The notes under the pieces: model-generated
Databases searched by the model: none
What the model saw: the letters and a program-made list of their open reading frames with translations, nothing else
Told to the model about the DNA's origin: nothing
Made by a program: the position numbers and the translations under genes
Part shown: positions 35,422 through 49,400 of the stretch, one piece after another
How the letters are laid out: each line of letters starts with the position of its first letter
Numbering within the stretch: position 1 is the stretch's first letter
Assembly: GCA_043228905.1 (NCBI GenBank)
Contig: JBHGNT010000007.1
Coordinates: forward strand, 8,246,001 to 8,310,000
Reading direction: 5' to 3'
From: Azolla caroliniana
Taxonomy: Eukaryota; Plantae; Polypodiophyta
DNA length: 64,000 nucleotides

Positions 35422-38400
35422 TGTTGTCCATGGGAGAAAAAGATAAATTAGTTAGATGTAATACGCCGGTAGGTAAGGCTAGTAGGTGAGGAAGGTAGAG
35501 TTTAGGAAAACGCCGAGTTTCGAGCCTCACAATCAGCCGACGGCTCGGTTCTGTATGAAGAAAAAGTATATAAACCGAGGTTTGCGTACCTCGGCTGAAG
35601 GAGAGATATCTAGAGTATAGGCGAGGTCATTTTCATAGTTAGAGGAGCTTTGTAAGGTCACCGGCCGGGAGCCGTGTCTTGTAATCGTCGATAATTGTTT
35701 GTAGTAATACATATCTATTAGCTCTTATTGTTTTCATCTGTGTTCCTTTGTTCCTACGATCTCAACTATGTACGCCCTCGGGTTATATTCCGGGTATGCT
35801 CTCTGTTCGCTTCCCCTAACGACGCCTCCGTGTACAAGTCTTCAAGTTACACTTCCCTTGATACTGATAGCCTGTAGGCCTATCGAAGGTGTTTCGAAAG
35901 GAACGGATAACACAATTTGGCACGCCCGGTTACAGCTGTGAGATCACAGCGAACTATGTTGAAGGCAACCTTCAGCCGCCATTACGGTGCCCAATCGCAC
36001 CACGCGGTCTCGACCACCTGCCCGACGCCTTGAGCCAGTCGAAGGAACTTCCGACTCGGCGGTCACGAACAAGTTTTTCCAAGAAATATCGGAGGCTCAC
36101 CAGTTGCAATCCTCGCCACCAGATACTTGATCGCGAGTTGATTCCACACCAACCTCTCCACCAAGCCCTCTTGAGGTCACCCAACCTGACCCTAACCCTT
36201 TTCCGGTTTTACCGGAAGATCCAGATTTCGATACCATACCGTATCCTTACCCACGATACACCGACGGCCCCGATGTGGAGTCGCACATCCGTGCCTTTGT
36301 GTCCACCTGGCAAGCCAACCACTCAACGCAACGACTCTCGCCTGCCGAAATCGATGCCTCAAAAATCGTCGAGTTTACGCTATCCCTCAATGGACTAGCT
36401 ACACGATGGTATTTTCGCCGCGCCGCAGGGGAGGTTACCACCTTCCAAGACGTTTGCACGAAGTTCCTATAACTTTTCCATCGCGAGGTGCCCAAATGAG
36501 AACTGCTCCGACAGTTCTTTTCCATGAGCCAAGAACCGCACGAGATGGTCACACAATTCACGATCCGGTTCCAGGATCTCTACAAACAAGTGGCTGACGA
36601 TGTCTCTGCACAACACATGCCGGACACATTCCTGTCCAGCTTACAGGAACCTCTACGGACGACTCTCGCACTTACTAATTTTGCCAACCAAACGATCGAG
36701 CAAGTCATAGCGCGTGTCCTCGCCCTCGATCGGACACAACAAAGCACGGCTTTTTCTATGAGTTCACTACAAAGCGTCCTTCCCCAAGAAGACAATCGCT
36801 TCTGCCAAGCCCTCCAATGCACAGTTTGCTCGAGATCGGGCCATCTGGCCCTCGAATGTCCTCACTGGCCACAATGTCCGCTCTGCCAGTCCCGATCTCA
36901 CACTGCCCGGTTCGCCAAATCGAGCCCAGGGATACATACTCTCGTCAGGACGAGCGACTATCCTACCAGAACTAGGATAACGAACGACCCCGATCACCAG
37001 ATAGGCGGCGCTGTGACGAGGATTACTGTCGAGACGACGACCGTTACCGAAATGACAACCGATGGAGATCAGACGACCGCCATGATCGCTATTGCGATGA
37101 CCAGTACCAGGCAAACGACGATTATGATTGGTATGACAATGATCGGGATGACCGATACAATCAGAGAAATTCCTGTAACGATTGGCGCAACTCTCACCGA
37201 GGATCGCGCAACAACAAAAGGAATAACGACAACCGTCGTCAGAACCCCCCTCAAAATGAACCGCGCAGCTCGAACGCGCCTCGAACCAACCCACCAACAC
37301 ACGAGGCCGGGAATCAATCACAGCCCCCCCCCCCCCCCCCACACAGATCACACCAGCAACTCGGCCGCCGTTACTTGTTCCAAGTGCAACCAACCCGGTC
37401 ACTACGCTACGCAATGCCCAACAATAGACTGCGGAAAGGCTCCCACTGTGAATAACATTATGGACGACGTGCAAGACGTCACAACACACAGTAAAGCCTA
37501 GGCCACTTCATGGCAAGTACAGGATGAAGTCTGGCAAGCAGCCAAAGAATGGATTGATACGACCAACAAAAACAATGTGGTGCGGATGCAAACAGAAATG
37601 CGAGACACGACCATCGGAGCACCACAGTCCTCGACACCATCCATGTCGACAGAAGATGACCAGTTGTGGGACGCCCTTACTAGTTCCAGGATCTCGCTGT
37701 CTCTCCATAAACTCTTACCACTCATGCCGCGTTCTCGGGATACTGTGGCTACACTCAAGGCCAACACCAATTCAGCTGCGCCACTTGTGCACCTGACCGA
37801 GTCAGGAAGGGGTCCACCCCTCATGGATTCTCAGAATCCAGCCATAAAAATTATGATTAAAGGATGGGACCTGCACAGGTGCATAATCGACGGCGGCTCT
37901 AGCGTGAATGTCATCAGCGAGGCTACCTGTCATAAACTCGGCTTGAATCAATGGGAACCTTGCCCCTTTTGGCTTCGGATGGCCGATACACGATCGGTTC
38001 GCCCATCGAATTAATCCGCCACCTCGACTTTACTCTAAGAGGCCACATGTTCACTATCTCGGCCGTTGTATTACGACTCGAAGCACAGGGCGCCTACCCA
38101 ATGTTACTTGGAAGACCATGGTTGCGCATAACAAATATCAAACAGCATTGGCAGCGCAACATGATCTCGTTTCGCCGAGGAAAGACCAAGGTCCGGATCA
38201 TAACTGAAGAACGCATAGCCACGCCGCACAACACCGGAATGGGGTGTTTTTGTGGCAAAAGTAATGATGTTCGGATTGAAAATGGCGCCGACCACGTTCC
38301 AGCGCATCATCACCGAAATTTTTAACGAGTATATCGCGGCGTTGATGCAAGTCTTTCTCGATGACTTCTCCGTGTATGGCCAGCGACTGGAGCACATGAC

Positions 38401-39900
38401 CGAGTTACGTCTCTGTCTTGGTCGATGTCGCTAGGCTCGGTTAAGTTTAAACCCGGCAAAATGCGCGTTCTTGGTCACAAGCGGCAACCTACTTAGGCAC
38501 ATTGTCAGTCAAGAAGGTATCGCCATGGACCCGGATAAAGTACAAGCCATCCTAAACACCCCTGCACCCTCGAATGCAAAGGCACTCAACCGATTTCTAG
38601 GACAAATAAGATGGCACAGTCGGATGATACAGCACCTGGCCGATTTCTCGACACCACTACACACAGCGGTGCATCGACTTCCCTTTCAATGGACTTCAAT
38701 CGAGGACGAGGCTTACCAAGGTTTGAAATTAATGCTCTCGCATGCCCCAGTTGTACAACCCCCGATATGGTTGGAACCTTTTCACATCTTCGTGGACGCA
38801 TCAGATATACAGCCATCGGGAGCGCACTTATGCAATGCACGCCCCCAAATTGGTATCGACCAGTGTATTATGCTAGCCAACGTCTCTCGGCCGTGGAAAA
38901 GAACTATTCAACCACCGAATGAGAGGGCCCTCGGTATGATCTACAACATCAGTAAATTTTGGCATTACCTCTTAGGCCGAAAATTCACATTTCACGTCGA
39001 TCACTCGGCCCTCCTTTACCTGGTCAATAAACAAGCCCTGACAGGTCGCCTGGCTCGATGGATGCTCCTGTTACAAGAGTTTGATTTTCATATACAACAT
39101 CGACCCGGAGTCCAACACGTCGTCACTAACTACCTAAGCCGCCTGGAGTCAGGGGACCCTGCCGAGCCCACGTATGACGATTTACCAGATGCCGGCCTAT
39201 TTAATCTCACAACACTGCCAGACAACAAAGAAGATGAATGGATCACAGAGATGACCCATTTCCTTAGTACTGGCCTGCCTCCCGACCACATGCCCCTTGA
39301 TGCATGGAAACGACTCGCGGTACGAATCCAAAACTTTTGTCTTGTTCCCGACATCCTCTACCACAAAGGCTCAGATGGAATATGGTGTCGGGTAATTCGA
39401 CAATTCGAGAAGAAGGCCATCCCCCAAGAGGCCCACCTAGGAATCGCCGGTGGACACTACGCTGGAGAGTCCACGACAAGGAAAGTATGGCAAAGTGGGT
39501 TATGGTGGCCTACAACGAAAAAGGATGCCCATGAGTTCTGTCGGCAGTGTGACTTGTGCCAACGGTTGGGACAACCGATGGAACAAGCTCGGATGACACA
39601 CCAACCCATTCTTCCATTGGAACCATTTCAAAAATGGGGGTTAGATTTGGTGGGACCCTTTAAGCCAGCCGCGGCCCGAACTGGTAATAAGTATATCATC
39701 GTGGCCACAAACTACTGCACAAAATGGGTCGAGGCAAAGGCTTTACGAGACAACACAGCAGCATCCACGGCCAAATAAAGCTCGTTATGGATGCCCAATA
39801 AAGCTCGTTAGTGACCAAGGTGGGCACTTTATAAACCATATAATACACAAGCTTACGACACACTACGTGGTTGTACATAAGGAAAGTACACCACGAGTTC
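35422..39900 (+). mobile_element. Decayed Gypsy non-chromovirus: 5' LTR 35422-35912, PBS at 35918, gag-PR-RT(partly deleted)-RH-INT, 3' truncated
   Basis: TGTTGTCC...GGATAACA ends; PBS TGGCACGCCC (Arg type as recalled); CSKCNQPGHYATQC; IIDGGSS; FLDDF; FVDAS; WGLDLVGP. Confidence 0.88.
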
Positions 39901-40202
39901 TGTCGGTATGTTTCTTGAATATTGAGATGTGGATACAATCAAAATATTAGAAAATTGCTTGAATGAGAAAGACTGCGACAAGAGATTTATTCATGTAAAT
40001 TATGTTGATATGTACCTTCATATTGTTGATTTTATTGAAAAAAATGGTTGTATAGCTAATAGTGAAATAGTTGGCAATCGCTATCATGAAATAGCTAAAA
40101 AAGCAAGTAAAAATAATTATGCAATAACAGTTAACACTAAATATAAAACAATAGACAAAAAGGTCAAGCCCGTGGCCATGCATCTACCTATGGATAGTAT
40201 TG

Positions 40203-40375
40203 TGTTGAGAGTCGAACTCAACTTCCCATAGTAATAGGTTTCACACTAGCTCATGGTCATACTAGGCTGGTTTTGTAAATAGTAGAAAGGGCACTTGCCC
40301 TAGTTTAGTTGGTATTTAAACCAACCCCTTGTAACTTAGTTATTGTTGGAAGTATTTTGGTTAATGTAACATACA
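40203..40375 (+). mobile_element. Partial Copia LTR, same family as 31896
   Basis: TGTTGAGAGTCGAACTCAACTTCC...TCACACTAGCTCATGG shared. Confidence 0.8.
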
Positions 40376-41503
40376 ATCTTTTATTGTTGTGATGTACGGT
40401 TGCCCTAAGATTATTGGATAAAATGACTTCTCTTGGACGAAGAAGTTTTGATCTACTGACACGTCCCCAATTATAACTTTAATATTGGGGCATGCACCAC
40501 TCAATCCGCCACGACCTCGATCATTGCTCTAACCTTCCAGCCATGGTTTCTTTCTATTGGCCATCTCCCGCGATTGTAGAAATCAGATGATAAGATGTTA
40601 ATCTTGGAGCCGTGGTTGATGAGTGCCACACACGGTTCCATCTGATCACCAATTCTAACTGGAGCCTCGGTTGTCACCCGAGACCAGTGTGTGCGGGTGT
40701 AATGACTTTTTCCCTCTTCATGACTACACTCTATGTTAGCACTTCGTACCCCAGCTAACAATACAATCTCCATATCTTCATCTTCCTCCTGTATCGTGAA
40801 GGTATTTACTCTACCCGTTTCTTCAATCACTTGTCTTTTTCTCCGAATCACATCAATGATCACTTCATGAAATTCCTTCTTCACAATCCCTAGTACTTCT
40901 TGGAGTGTTAACTCGACTTTACTATCAAGAATCCTAGATTCAAGCACATGCTTTAGGTCCGTGGATATTTCTATGTTGGAAGTGAGTTTGAATGACATGG
41001 TGACCTTCTGGTTACCCTTGTCTTCTTTCATCGCCTCCGCAGCAGCTGGTTCCGTTTCCCGTCTCGTTTGCTCTCGGGTCTCAGGTTTTCTTGAAGGTCC
41101 CGTTTATTCAGTTCTCCTTCTATTTTCTTCGATTGTCACTTCGTGGGCATTCACCCCTGTTATCTTTGTGATTGATGTGAGTGAATCTACTAGGTCATCC
41201 CACCCAGTACTATTCATGATTTTGTCGCCGGCCTTTCGTAAGTCCTGTGGTTAGACTCTTTTGTCAGTAGCGGACTTTATCACTTTTCCCCAGAATCCAG
41301 ATCCAATCTGGGGATCGTCGACCTTCAATCCGGAAGTAATCCAAAAGTACATTGCCTGAACATTCTTCGACTCTTCGTCCTCCATCATTTTCTTCATCCC
41401 ACCTTTGCCAAAGTTGGTTTTTAGGGGTTTTCGGGTCTCCAAGGAGTGGATTCTCCCATTTTGATAGAAGATAACATTTCTTTCTAATGCTTCCTTATGG
41501 CGT

Positions 41504-44500
41504 TGTCGTAGTGTATTTCGTACACTACGTGAAAAAGTAAAAATAATATAACCGATTTAATTACATATAAATAAATAAAATAAGAATATCAAGATATTTA
41601 TCACGTGCATAGGGCAAGATGTGAACCTTGTACCTCCACATAGCCAAACCTCAACTTTACCATTATGCTACCTTATCTTTAGTGTTCTATAAAAAGATTT
41701 AATAACTATAAGTGCTTTATTTGCGCCTACCTTTATTAAAAGGTAAATCATGCATTTTTAGAGTGCGTGAATATTTTATAGAAAAACGCAAGCAACTAAA
41801 AAGTGACTCATGCACATCTAGCGTGCATGAGCACTATATTTAGCAAATAAAAGCAAGGATTAAGAAAGCATCACATGCACATTTAGTGTGCATGAACATA
41901 TTAGAAAAAAAAAACATGTAGTTATGCTTAGTCTCTCCCATCACTATATAAGGATGGGGAGCACATTGTAGTTTTTGTTGATTATTTTTCTATAATGATC
42001 AATCAATCTAAAATATTCGTGGGATTCACGAATTTGCTAAAATATTTTTCTCTTACTACCTAAATATTGACTAAATATACTAAACTCGTGGGATTCACAA
42101 GATTCTTATCTTATAACTCTTTATACCTATTCTTTACTAGCCTTATTTGTATTTTTCTTTCTCCTAGTCCAAAACCCCGGCGGTTCCCACCCGACTCACG
42201 CAAACGATCCGGAGCCGAAAGGCACGACACAGTTGGTGAACCCGACGTGAAGGCGAGTGGCAAGGAGATGGAGAATCAACAAGAGGCAATGAGCATAACG
42301 ATGATGATGATGTTCGAGCGGATGCTACAAGAACAACGAGTGATGTCGGAGATCACGGCGGCAGTAGAGCGGCTTGTGCGACGAAATGGGGAATTCAACG
42401 GAAATGATGTGTCACGCTATCTACGTGACTACAAGGCGGAGATGATACGATGTGGGATACCGGAAGGATTGCAAGTGATATCCTTTAGTCGGGTGGCCTC
42501 GGACGAACTACAAGAGAGAATCCACAAGATACAACAACAAAACTCGACATGGGAGTCCTTTGAAGAAGCTTTACGGGAGGCATATGACTATGAGAGATGG
42601 ACGGGACGAGATCGACGAGAATTCGACGAATGGGTGGCGTCGGAGAAGACTCACCGAAGTGCAACACAAGCATTCCTAGAGTTCGAGCATCGTTTTGCTC
42701 GACTCTCGGAGCGGGAACGACGATTGGTGGGAGAGGATAAAGTCCTAATGTTCGTAAAATCGATCGATCGAAAAGAAAGGATGGACATCGGGATCGAACT
42801 CGAAGACGATGAAGGTACGAATGGTCTTACCGAGGATTGGGCCAAAGTCGAAAGGGTATGCCGGAGACATGATGAGAGGAAGATGAGAATCTTGTCAACG
42901 ACATGGCCGATGAAAGATGGTCGATTGAAGACAAACGATGGAGCTGATATGAAGGCCAAAATACAACATGATGGTGTGACGGAAGAGGGTGTAAAACAAG
43001 CTACCCTCTTGTCTTGCGAAAGAACGACAGTGAAGGATAAGGCCGATAACCCAAGTGTAGAAGAAGATTTCGGAATACAAGTGTCCGAAACATCGGGTGA
43101 AAAAGGGGTAAGCATAATTGATGTTTGCATAATTGATGCAGTGAAAGAGAGCAAGGAGGACTTGATTGAGGAGGTCACCAAGAAAGATGACATCGAATCG
43201 AAGGTGGCTATGGACGAATCAATGGCGGATGGCCATATCGAGACTTCCCCACCACTGATTCTAGAGACTCCGGCGGTTGCGTTCGAAAGGCAACGTGAGA
43301 CCGAAGAGACGGAAGGTGGCGGAGAGAAAACAAAGGTCGAAGCCGATGCGTATGACGGAGAGATAGCCGAGAATATGGCTATGGGTGAAACAATGGAGGA
43401 TGATAATACCGAGGATTCCTACCCACTAATTCTAGAGACTTCGGCGGTTGTGTCTGAGAAGCAACGTGAGACCGGAGAGACGGGAGGTGGCGGCAAGAAA
43501 GGTAAAGTCGGAAGCCAGTTAGGATGGAAGGTGATCCGGACGGGATTCCGATCCGAAAGAAAGCCGAACCGGGTAAAAGAGAATTCGGCCGAAAGACGAA
43601 CCGAAAGAAAGCCGAACCGAAAGGAAGAGAACTCGGCCGAAAGAAGACACAAACGAAAGCCGAACCGGGCGAATGAGGATTCGGTCGAAAGACGACCCAA
43701 AAGAAAGCCGACCCGAAAAGGGGTCGACTTGGTCAAAACCGATCGACCGAGTCTGACTTGGCCGAACGCGAATATGGATGGAAGCCGACCTAGCCGAAAG
43801 CCGATCGGACGAGACCGATCCGGAAAGAAGCTAATCCGACTCAACCGGAGGTTGGACCGGTCGAGGCTGGTGAAAACGAGGAAAGAAAGCCAACCGAAAC
43901 CGAAAGCGATAGATCGAAACCGGGCCGGAAGGGGACCGACTCAATCGAAACCGAACAACCGATTCCGATTCGGCCGAATACGAATCCGATCGGAAGCCGA
44001 TCAAACCGAAAGTTGATCGGACGAGAGCGATCCGGAAAAAAGTCAAGGTTGATGAAGACAAGAAAGACGCCAGTAAAAGACACTACCACGAATGACAAGG
44101 GCCAAGAATATGACGAGAGAGAACAAAGAATATGGTGGATCGGATGGCGACAATGGTTCGGGTGGAAAGAATGGGTCTACTCAAAATGGAGAGACAAAGT
44201 TGACATAGCGGGACAAACGGAGGATGAAGGGGAGACAACGAGCATCGGCAACTTCGGCACATACCGGAGGATGTGCGGGTTCGGAGGGGGCGAGTGTCGT
44301 AGTGTATTTCGTACACTACGTGAAAAAGTAAAAATAATATAACCGATTTAATTACATATAAATAAATAAAATAAGAATATCAAGATATTTATCACGTGCA
44401 TAGGGCAAGATGTGAACCTTGTACCTCCACGTAGCCAAACCTCAACTTTACCATTATGCTACCTTATCTTTAGTGTTTTATAAAAAGATTTAATAACTAT

Positions 44501-45021
44501 AAGTGCTTTATTTGCGCCTACCTTTATTAAAAGGTAAATCATGCATTTTTAGAGTGCGTGAATATTTTATAGAAAAACGCAAGCAACTAAAAAGTGACTC
44601 ATGCACATCTAGCGTGCATGAGCACTATATTTAGCAAATAAAAGCAAGGATTAAGAAAGCATCACATGCACATTTAGTGTGCATGAACATATTAGAAAAA
44701 AAAAAACATGTAGTTATGCTTAGTCTCTCCCATCACTATATAAGGATGGGGAGCACATTGTAGTTTTTGTTGATTATTTTTCTATAATGATCAATCAATC
44801 TAAAATATTCGTGGGATTCACGAATTTGCTAAAATATTTTTCTCTTACTACCTAAATATTGACTAAATATACTAAACTCGTGGGATTCACGAGATTCTTA
44901 TCTTATAACTCTTTATACCTATTCTTTACTAGCCTTATTTGTATTTTTCTTTCTCCTAGTCCAAAACCCCGGCAGTTCCCACCCGACTCACGCAAACGAT
45001 CCGGAGCCGAAAGGCACGACA
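41504..45021 (+). mobile_element. Young non-autonomous gag-only LTR retrotransposon
   Basis: LTRs 41504-42229 and 44295-45021 (about 5 differences); TSD GCGT; PBS-Trp TGGTGAACCCGACGTGA 42234-42250; PPT GGAGGGGGCGAG. Confidence 0.93.
42268..44016 (+). CDS. gag: Gag-like protein with acidic and basic low-complexity C-terminus
   Basis: Open frame right after the PBS; EFNGNDVSRYLRDY homologous to host gag at 45643-46032; no pol motifs. Confidence 0.8.
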   Translation: MENQQEAMSITMMMMFERMLQEQRVMSEITAAVERLVRRNGEFNGNDVSRYLRDYKAEMIRCGIPEGLQVISFSRVASDELQERIHKIQQQNSTWESFEEALREAYDYERWTGRDRREFDEWVASEKTHRSATQAFLEFEHRFARLSERERRLVGEDKVLMFVKSIDRKERMDIGIELEDDEGTNGLTEDWAKVERVCRRHDERKMRILSTTWPMKDGRLKTNDGADMKAKIQHDGVTEEGVKQATLLSCERTTVKDKADNPSVEEDFGIQVSETSGEKGVSIIDVCIIDAVKESKEDLIEEVTKKDDIESKVAMDESMADGHIETSPPLILETPAVAFERQRETEETEGGGEKTKVEADAYDGEIAENMAMGETMEDDNTEDSYPLILETSAVVSEKQRETGETGGGGKKGKVGSQLGWKVIRTGFRSERKPNRVKENSAERRTERKPNRKEENSAERRHKRKPNRANEDSVERRPKRKPTRKGVDLVKTDRPSLTWPNANMDGSRPSRKPIGRDRSGKKLIRLNRRLDRSRLVKTRKESQPKPKAIDRNRAGRGPTQSKPNNRFRFGRIRIRSEADQTES

Positions 45022-46431
45022 GCGTTGACAATCCCATTTTTGGTGCTCCGTGCTATCGCCCCATACGCATCGGTGGATGAAATCACCCTTTTCTCCTTCA
45101 TTGGGCTTTTGTCTACATTGGAGCTTTCACCCTTCTCAAGCTTTGTGAACTTGAGTTGTAGATCCCACATTCCCTTTATCAATTCATCAATCGTAGATTC
45201 TGGCACCTTTCCTTTGCCAACATCCATCCAGGTTCCCAATTCTTGTTTTGGATGTTCTTTGGTTGTTGTCTTTATTCTATTGTCATAGTCATCCACCATC
45301 CTTAGCTCCCTCGTTCTTAGTACTCGACAAGCCTCAAGTACTTTCACCCAATCAGACACCAAACCGGTTGTGCTTGTCCGGTCTTCTAGAAGGATAATGA
45401 TATCTTTTCTAAAAGATTTATCTGCCACTTGGACAAATAAATCCACCTTTGCTGACTGTAATAGTTCTCGATCTTTCACTGAGAGCTCATTATATCTTTT
45501 CTCGAACTCTCTTAGCAACGCTGATACAGAGAGTCCTTTACCCCCTTTCTCAATCCATTTGAGGAAGCTTTTCTTTGACATTCTGGTCCGGTCGTCTAGC
45601 ATATATTCATCAAGTAATGCTTGACGAAACCCGGGCCAATCTTCACGGAAATTTTTCCAATAATTTTGTTACCCTTGCTCGGACATCAAGTGTGCAGACC
45701 CGGTTGATATGCGACACTATTTGTACTTTGGTTGCCCCTCTACTTGCCATCTCGTATTCATAGACCTCGAGGAACCGAGTGATGTCCTCACCATTAAATC
45801 TGCTTATCCTCTCGATGACCCTTTGTATGGCAAGTGTTAACTCACTTTCCATCCAATTCATCGCACTTTCTTGCAACATCCGATTCATCATCGTCATCAT
45901 GAAACTTGCCAACTCTTCATTGAAGCCCTTATTCGCCATCTCTGTGTTGGCACCTTTATCCGCCATTTTCTTTGATTTTCCGACCTTCTGTTTGGAAAAT
46001 TTTAACTCCAAAACTCCCCTTGTCAACAACACTTCACGTTGGGTTCACCAAATTTATGTCGTAAAGATTGTTGTGGTCTTGTGTCACAACCGCCGGGGTT
46101 CTATGACTTGGGGATGATTGGGATGACAAGGCGTAATTGCAGAAAGCAAGATAGATGCGACGTTGTCGTGAAAAGAAATTTATTTGTAAAACACCACTTA
46201 CAATATTTATTTACCAAAGTTACTTGGCATGCTTGAACTCACAACCTCTGTTTGAGAAGAAAGATTTGAGGTAGACCACTTCAACTTCTTTGATTTCTAT
46301 TTATTTACTCCTCTTTCACTTTCTCTTTATACAGACCAAATTTATATTACAAAATTTGATTACCAAAAGAAATTCATTTCAGAGGATTCGAACTCACAAC
46401 CTTTTGTTTGTCGAGAGGCGTTTATGATACA

Positions 46432-49400
46432 TGTTGAGAATCAAGCTCAACTTGGTCTAGTGTGTGAACTCAACTTGAGAGTGAATAGACACTCCAACGG
46501 TCAAGAGTCACCATTATGTCACCAGTTTGTATTCTAGCATTGAGTATGAGTCATAGAATAATATTCTATGACACATAACTTATGAGCTTTCACATTCTCC
46601 ATGCTCCATGAGTCTTGTAGTTAATGAAGAGAGAGGGTGACTATATAAAGCACCCTCCTCTCACCTTGTACAACATTGAGTCTTTCTCCTTTGTTAATAT
46701 ACTTTTACTTTGCGTATTCTCTGTGTCTTACTCCTTGTCTCTCTCACACACACACACTCTCTCTCATACACACACACACAATTCATATCTATTCCGCTGC
46801 ACAGAATCCATCTCTTGATTCTTTACATGGTAGCAGAGCGACTTGGTAGCTCGATCTAGCCCATCCACGTGCGCTGTGTCCTACGCCGATGACCAAGAAC
46901 CGGCTCATCGCTATCGTAGCTTCTTTACATAGCTCGCATTCGAAGACAGAAGAAGAAGAAGAAGAAGAAGAATCGACATAATGAATACTCAAAAGGGGAG
47001 CGCTCTCCCTGCTGAGAAGTTGGATTGAAACCACTTCACATCTTGGGAGTACAAGATGCACCAATACCTTGTCGGACAAGGCTATTGGAGCTACATCAAA
47101 GGAGCGCACGAAGACCGACCCATCGAAATGGCTCCTAGATATGCGACATGGGAGCAAGCCGCAAACTACGTGATGTATTTCTTGGGGACATGTGTTCACG
47201 ATCACATGCTCGGGTACATTCGCGAAGCCAAGACATGGAAGGAGGCATGGGAAAATCTACGAAACATTTTCGCGGTGAACACAACCGCAAGAAGGATTTA
47301 ACTCCGCCAAGAGTTGAACAACATTCAACAAAGGGACATGTCCATCATGGCATACACCTTGAAGATCACGGAGCTTTGCGACTCGCTCGGCTCAATAAGC
47401 GTAAATATCGATGATGATGAGATGGTGCAAATATGCCTCGGCGGCCTCGCACCACGGTTCGGCGCAATGCGAACCGCCGTTCTAGCAAGGGAGAAATCTG
47501 CCTCCTTCTTCGAGCTCCAATCAATTCTATTGGTCGAAGAAAACCACGTGCGTACAAGGAGAAATGAATCGGAAGGCCACAAGCTCTACACACACTCGAA
47601 CGGAGGAAGAGGATGCGGACGAGCGAGAGGCCGATTCGGCCAAGGACAAGGCGGACGAGGTCCAACCTACGACAACAACTCCCAATTTCGGCCGAAAAAC
47701 GGAAGGCAACGAGGAACCTTCGCAAGAAGGGGGAGCTTCCACTCCGGCCCGAGCTGTCAAAATGCAACCGAATGCGGATATTGCAGAAAGCTCGGCCACC
47801 ACGAAGAAGAGTGCCGAAAGACGATGTGCGAATCGGCTTCCACAAGCCGAGAACTCACGAATTACGCGCACAATTTAGACTACTAAGAGTATAGCGGAAT
47901 GTACGGGCACAACTCCGACCACGAAGATCGTGGCGGAATGTATGCATACAATGCAGACCGTGGCGGAATGTTCATGATGAAACATAGAGCGAACTCTATG
48001 TCGGCCTCTACCTCAACTAGTGCCCTCAATCCAGAGGACGTATGGTTTGTTGACTCCAGATCCTCAAACCAGCCCTCATCTCATAAAGAATGGTTTCTCA
48101 AACTTTGAGAGTCGGAGCGACCGGGTTATGTCGAAACCAGAGATGACACTACGCACCCGATTCGGCACATCGGCAATGTTCCGTTTGGCAAAAGAGGTAA
48201 CCAAACATCCATTAAAAATGTCTTGCATGTTCCCACCATCATGAAGAACTTGGTCTCGGTCGGCCAAATGGTTGAGCAAGGGATGCAAGTACGATTCGAC
48301 CAAGAAGGGTGCTTCATTGAAAAAGAGGGCTGAATCATTGCGCGCAGAAGAAGAGAGGGTCGGATGTCCATTCTCGATTCACACGAGATGAAATCCGCCA
48401 TGTTCGCAAAAAGCACGAAATCCGACTCCGACATAGAGCTATGGTACAAGCGAATCGGCCACATCAATCTCAACAAACTCAAAGCAATGAAATTGAAAGG
48501 AGTCGTCGTCGGACTCCCGACATTCAAAGAGAAGGAGATTGAAGGTGTATGCATAGCGTGCCAATTCAGCAAGCAACACTAACACCCATTCCCGAAAGAG
48601 CGGACCGTGAGCAAAGGTCTACTTGACGTAGTCCATTCCGACGTATGGCGACCGGCGCAGGCGGCTACATTCGGTGGATGCCGATATTACGTGCTCTTCA
48701 TCGATGACTTCTCTAGGCACACGTGGCTCTATTCGATGCAGCAAAAGAGCGAAGTGTTCGAACACTTCCAAAGGTTTAAAAACAAAGTCGAAAAAGCCAC
48801 TGGTCGTCATGTACGATGCCTTCGATCGGATGGCGGCAATGAGTACTTCTCGGACAATTTCACGGCGTATCACTGAAAGGAAGGAATTTGGCGAGAATTC
48901 ACATGCCGACACACTCCACAACAAAAGGGAGTAGCCGAGCGCAAAAATCGGCACATCCTCGATGTAGCACGGGCCATGATGAACGAGAAGCATATGCCCA
49001 AGTCATATTGGGCCAAAGCTGCAAATACAGTCGTCTACCTAATGAACCGGTGCACAACATCCGGAGTGCACGAGGTCACTCCACACGAAAAATACTTCGG
49101 AAAGAAGCCGGACTTGTCGCACACCCAGATATTCGGCGTGATAGCGTACGTGCACATCCCCGTCGAGAAGCATCAAAAGCTTGACCCGAAGTCGGAAAAA
49201 TGTATCCTCGTGGGATACTCACTAGAGCAAAAGGGGTACAAGTGCTACAACCCCTCAACTCGAAAATCTTGAATAAGTCGAGACGTCGTTTTTGACGAGT
49301 CTGCATCCTCGTACGCACCAGAGACAACTTCGACTCCGACTCCGCTCGACCCGGAATTCACCGAACAAGAGATAGAGGATGAAGATCGCCCTATGTGCAT

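Larger units (their letters stand above)
40380..46160 (-). mobile_element. Decayed Gypsy (PBS-Trp 46034-46050, LTR remnant from 46057, gag and protease) hosting the nested element
   Basis: TGGTGAACCCAACGTGA; gag RFNGEDITRFLEVYE; protease-like VALINHGSKINIL. Confidence 0.8.

Noticed and set aside
42067-42267. N-terminal extension of the 649-aa ORF
   Set aside because: Lies in the LTR/PBS and starts at a TTG; first plausible ATG is 42268
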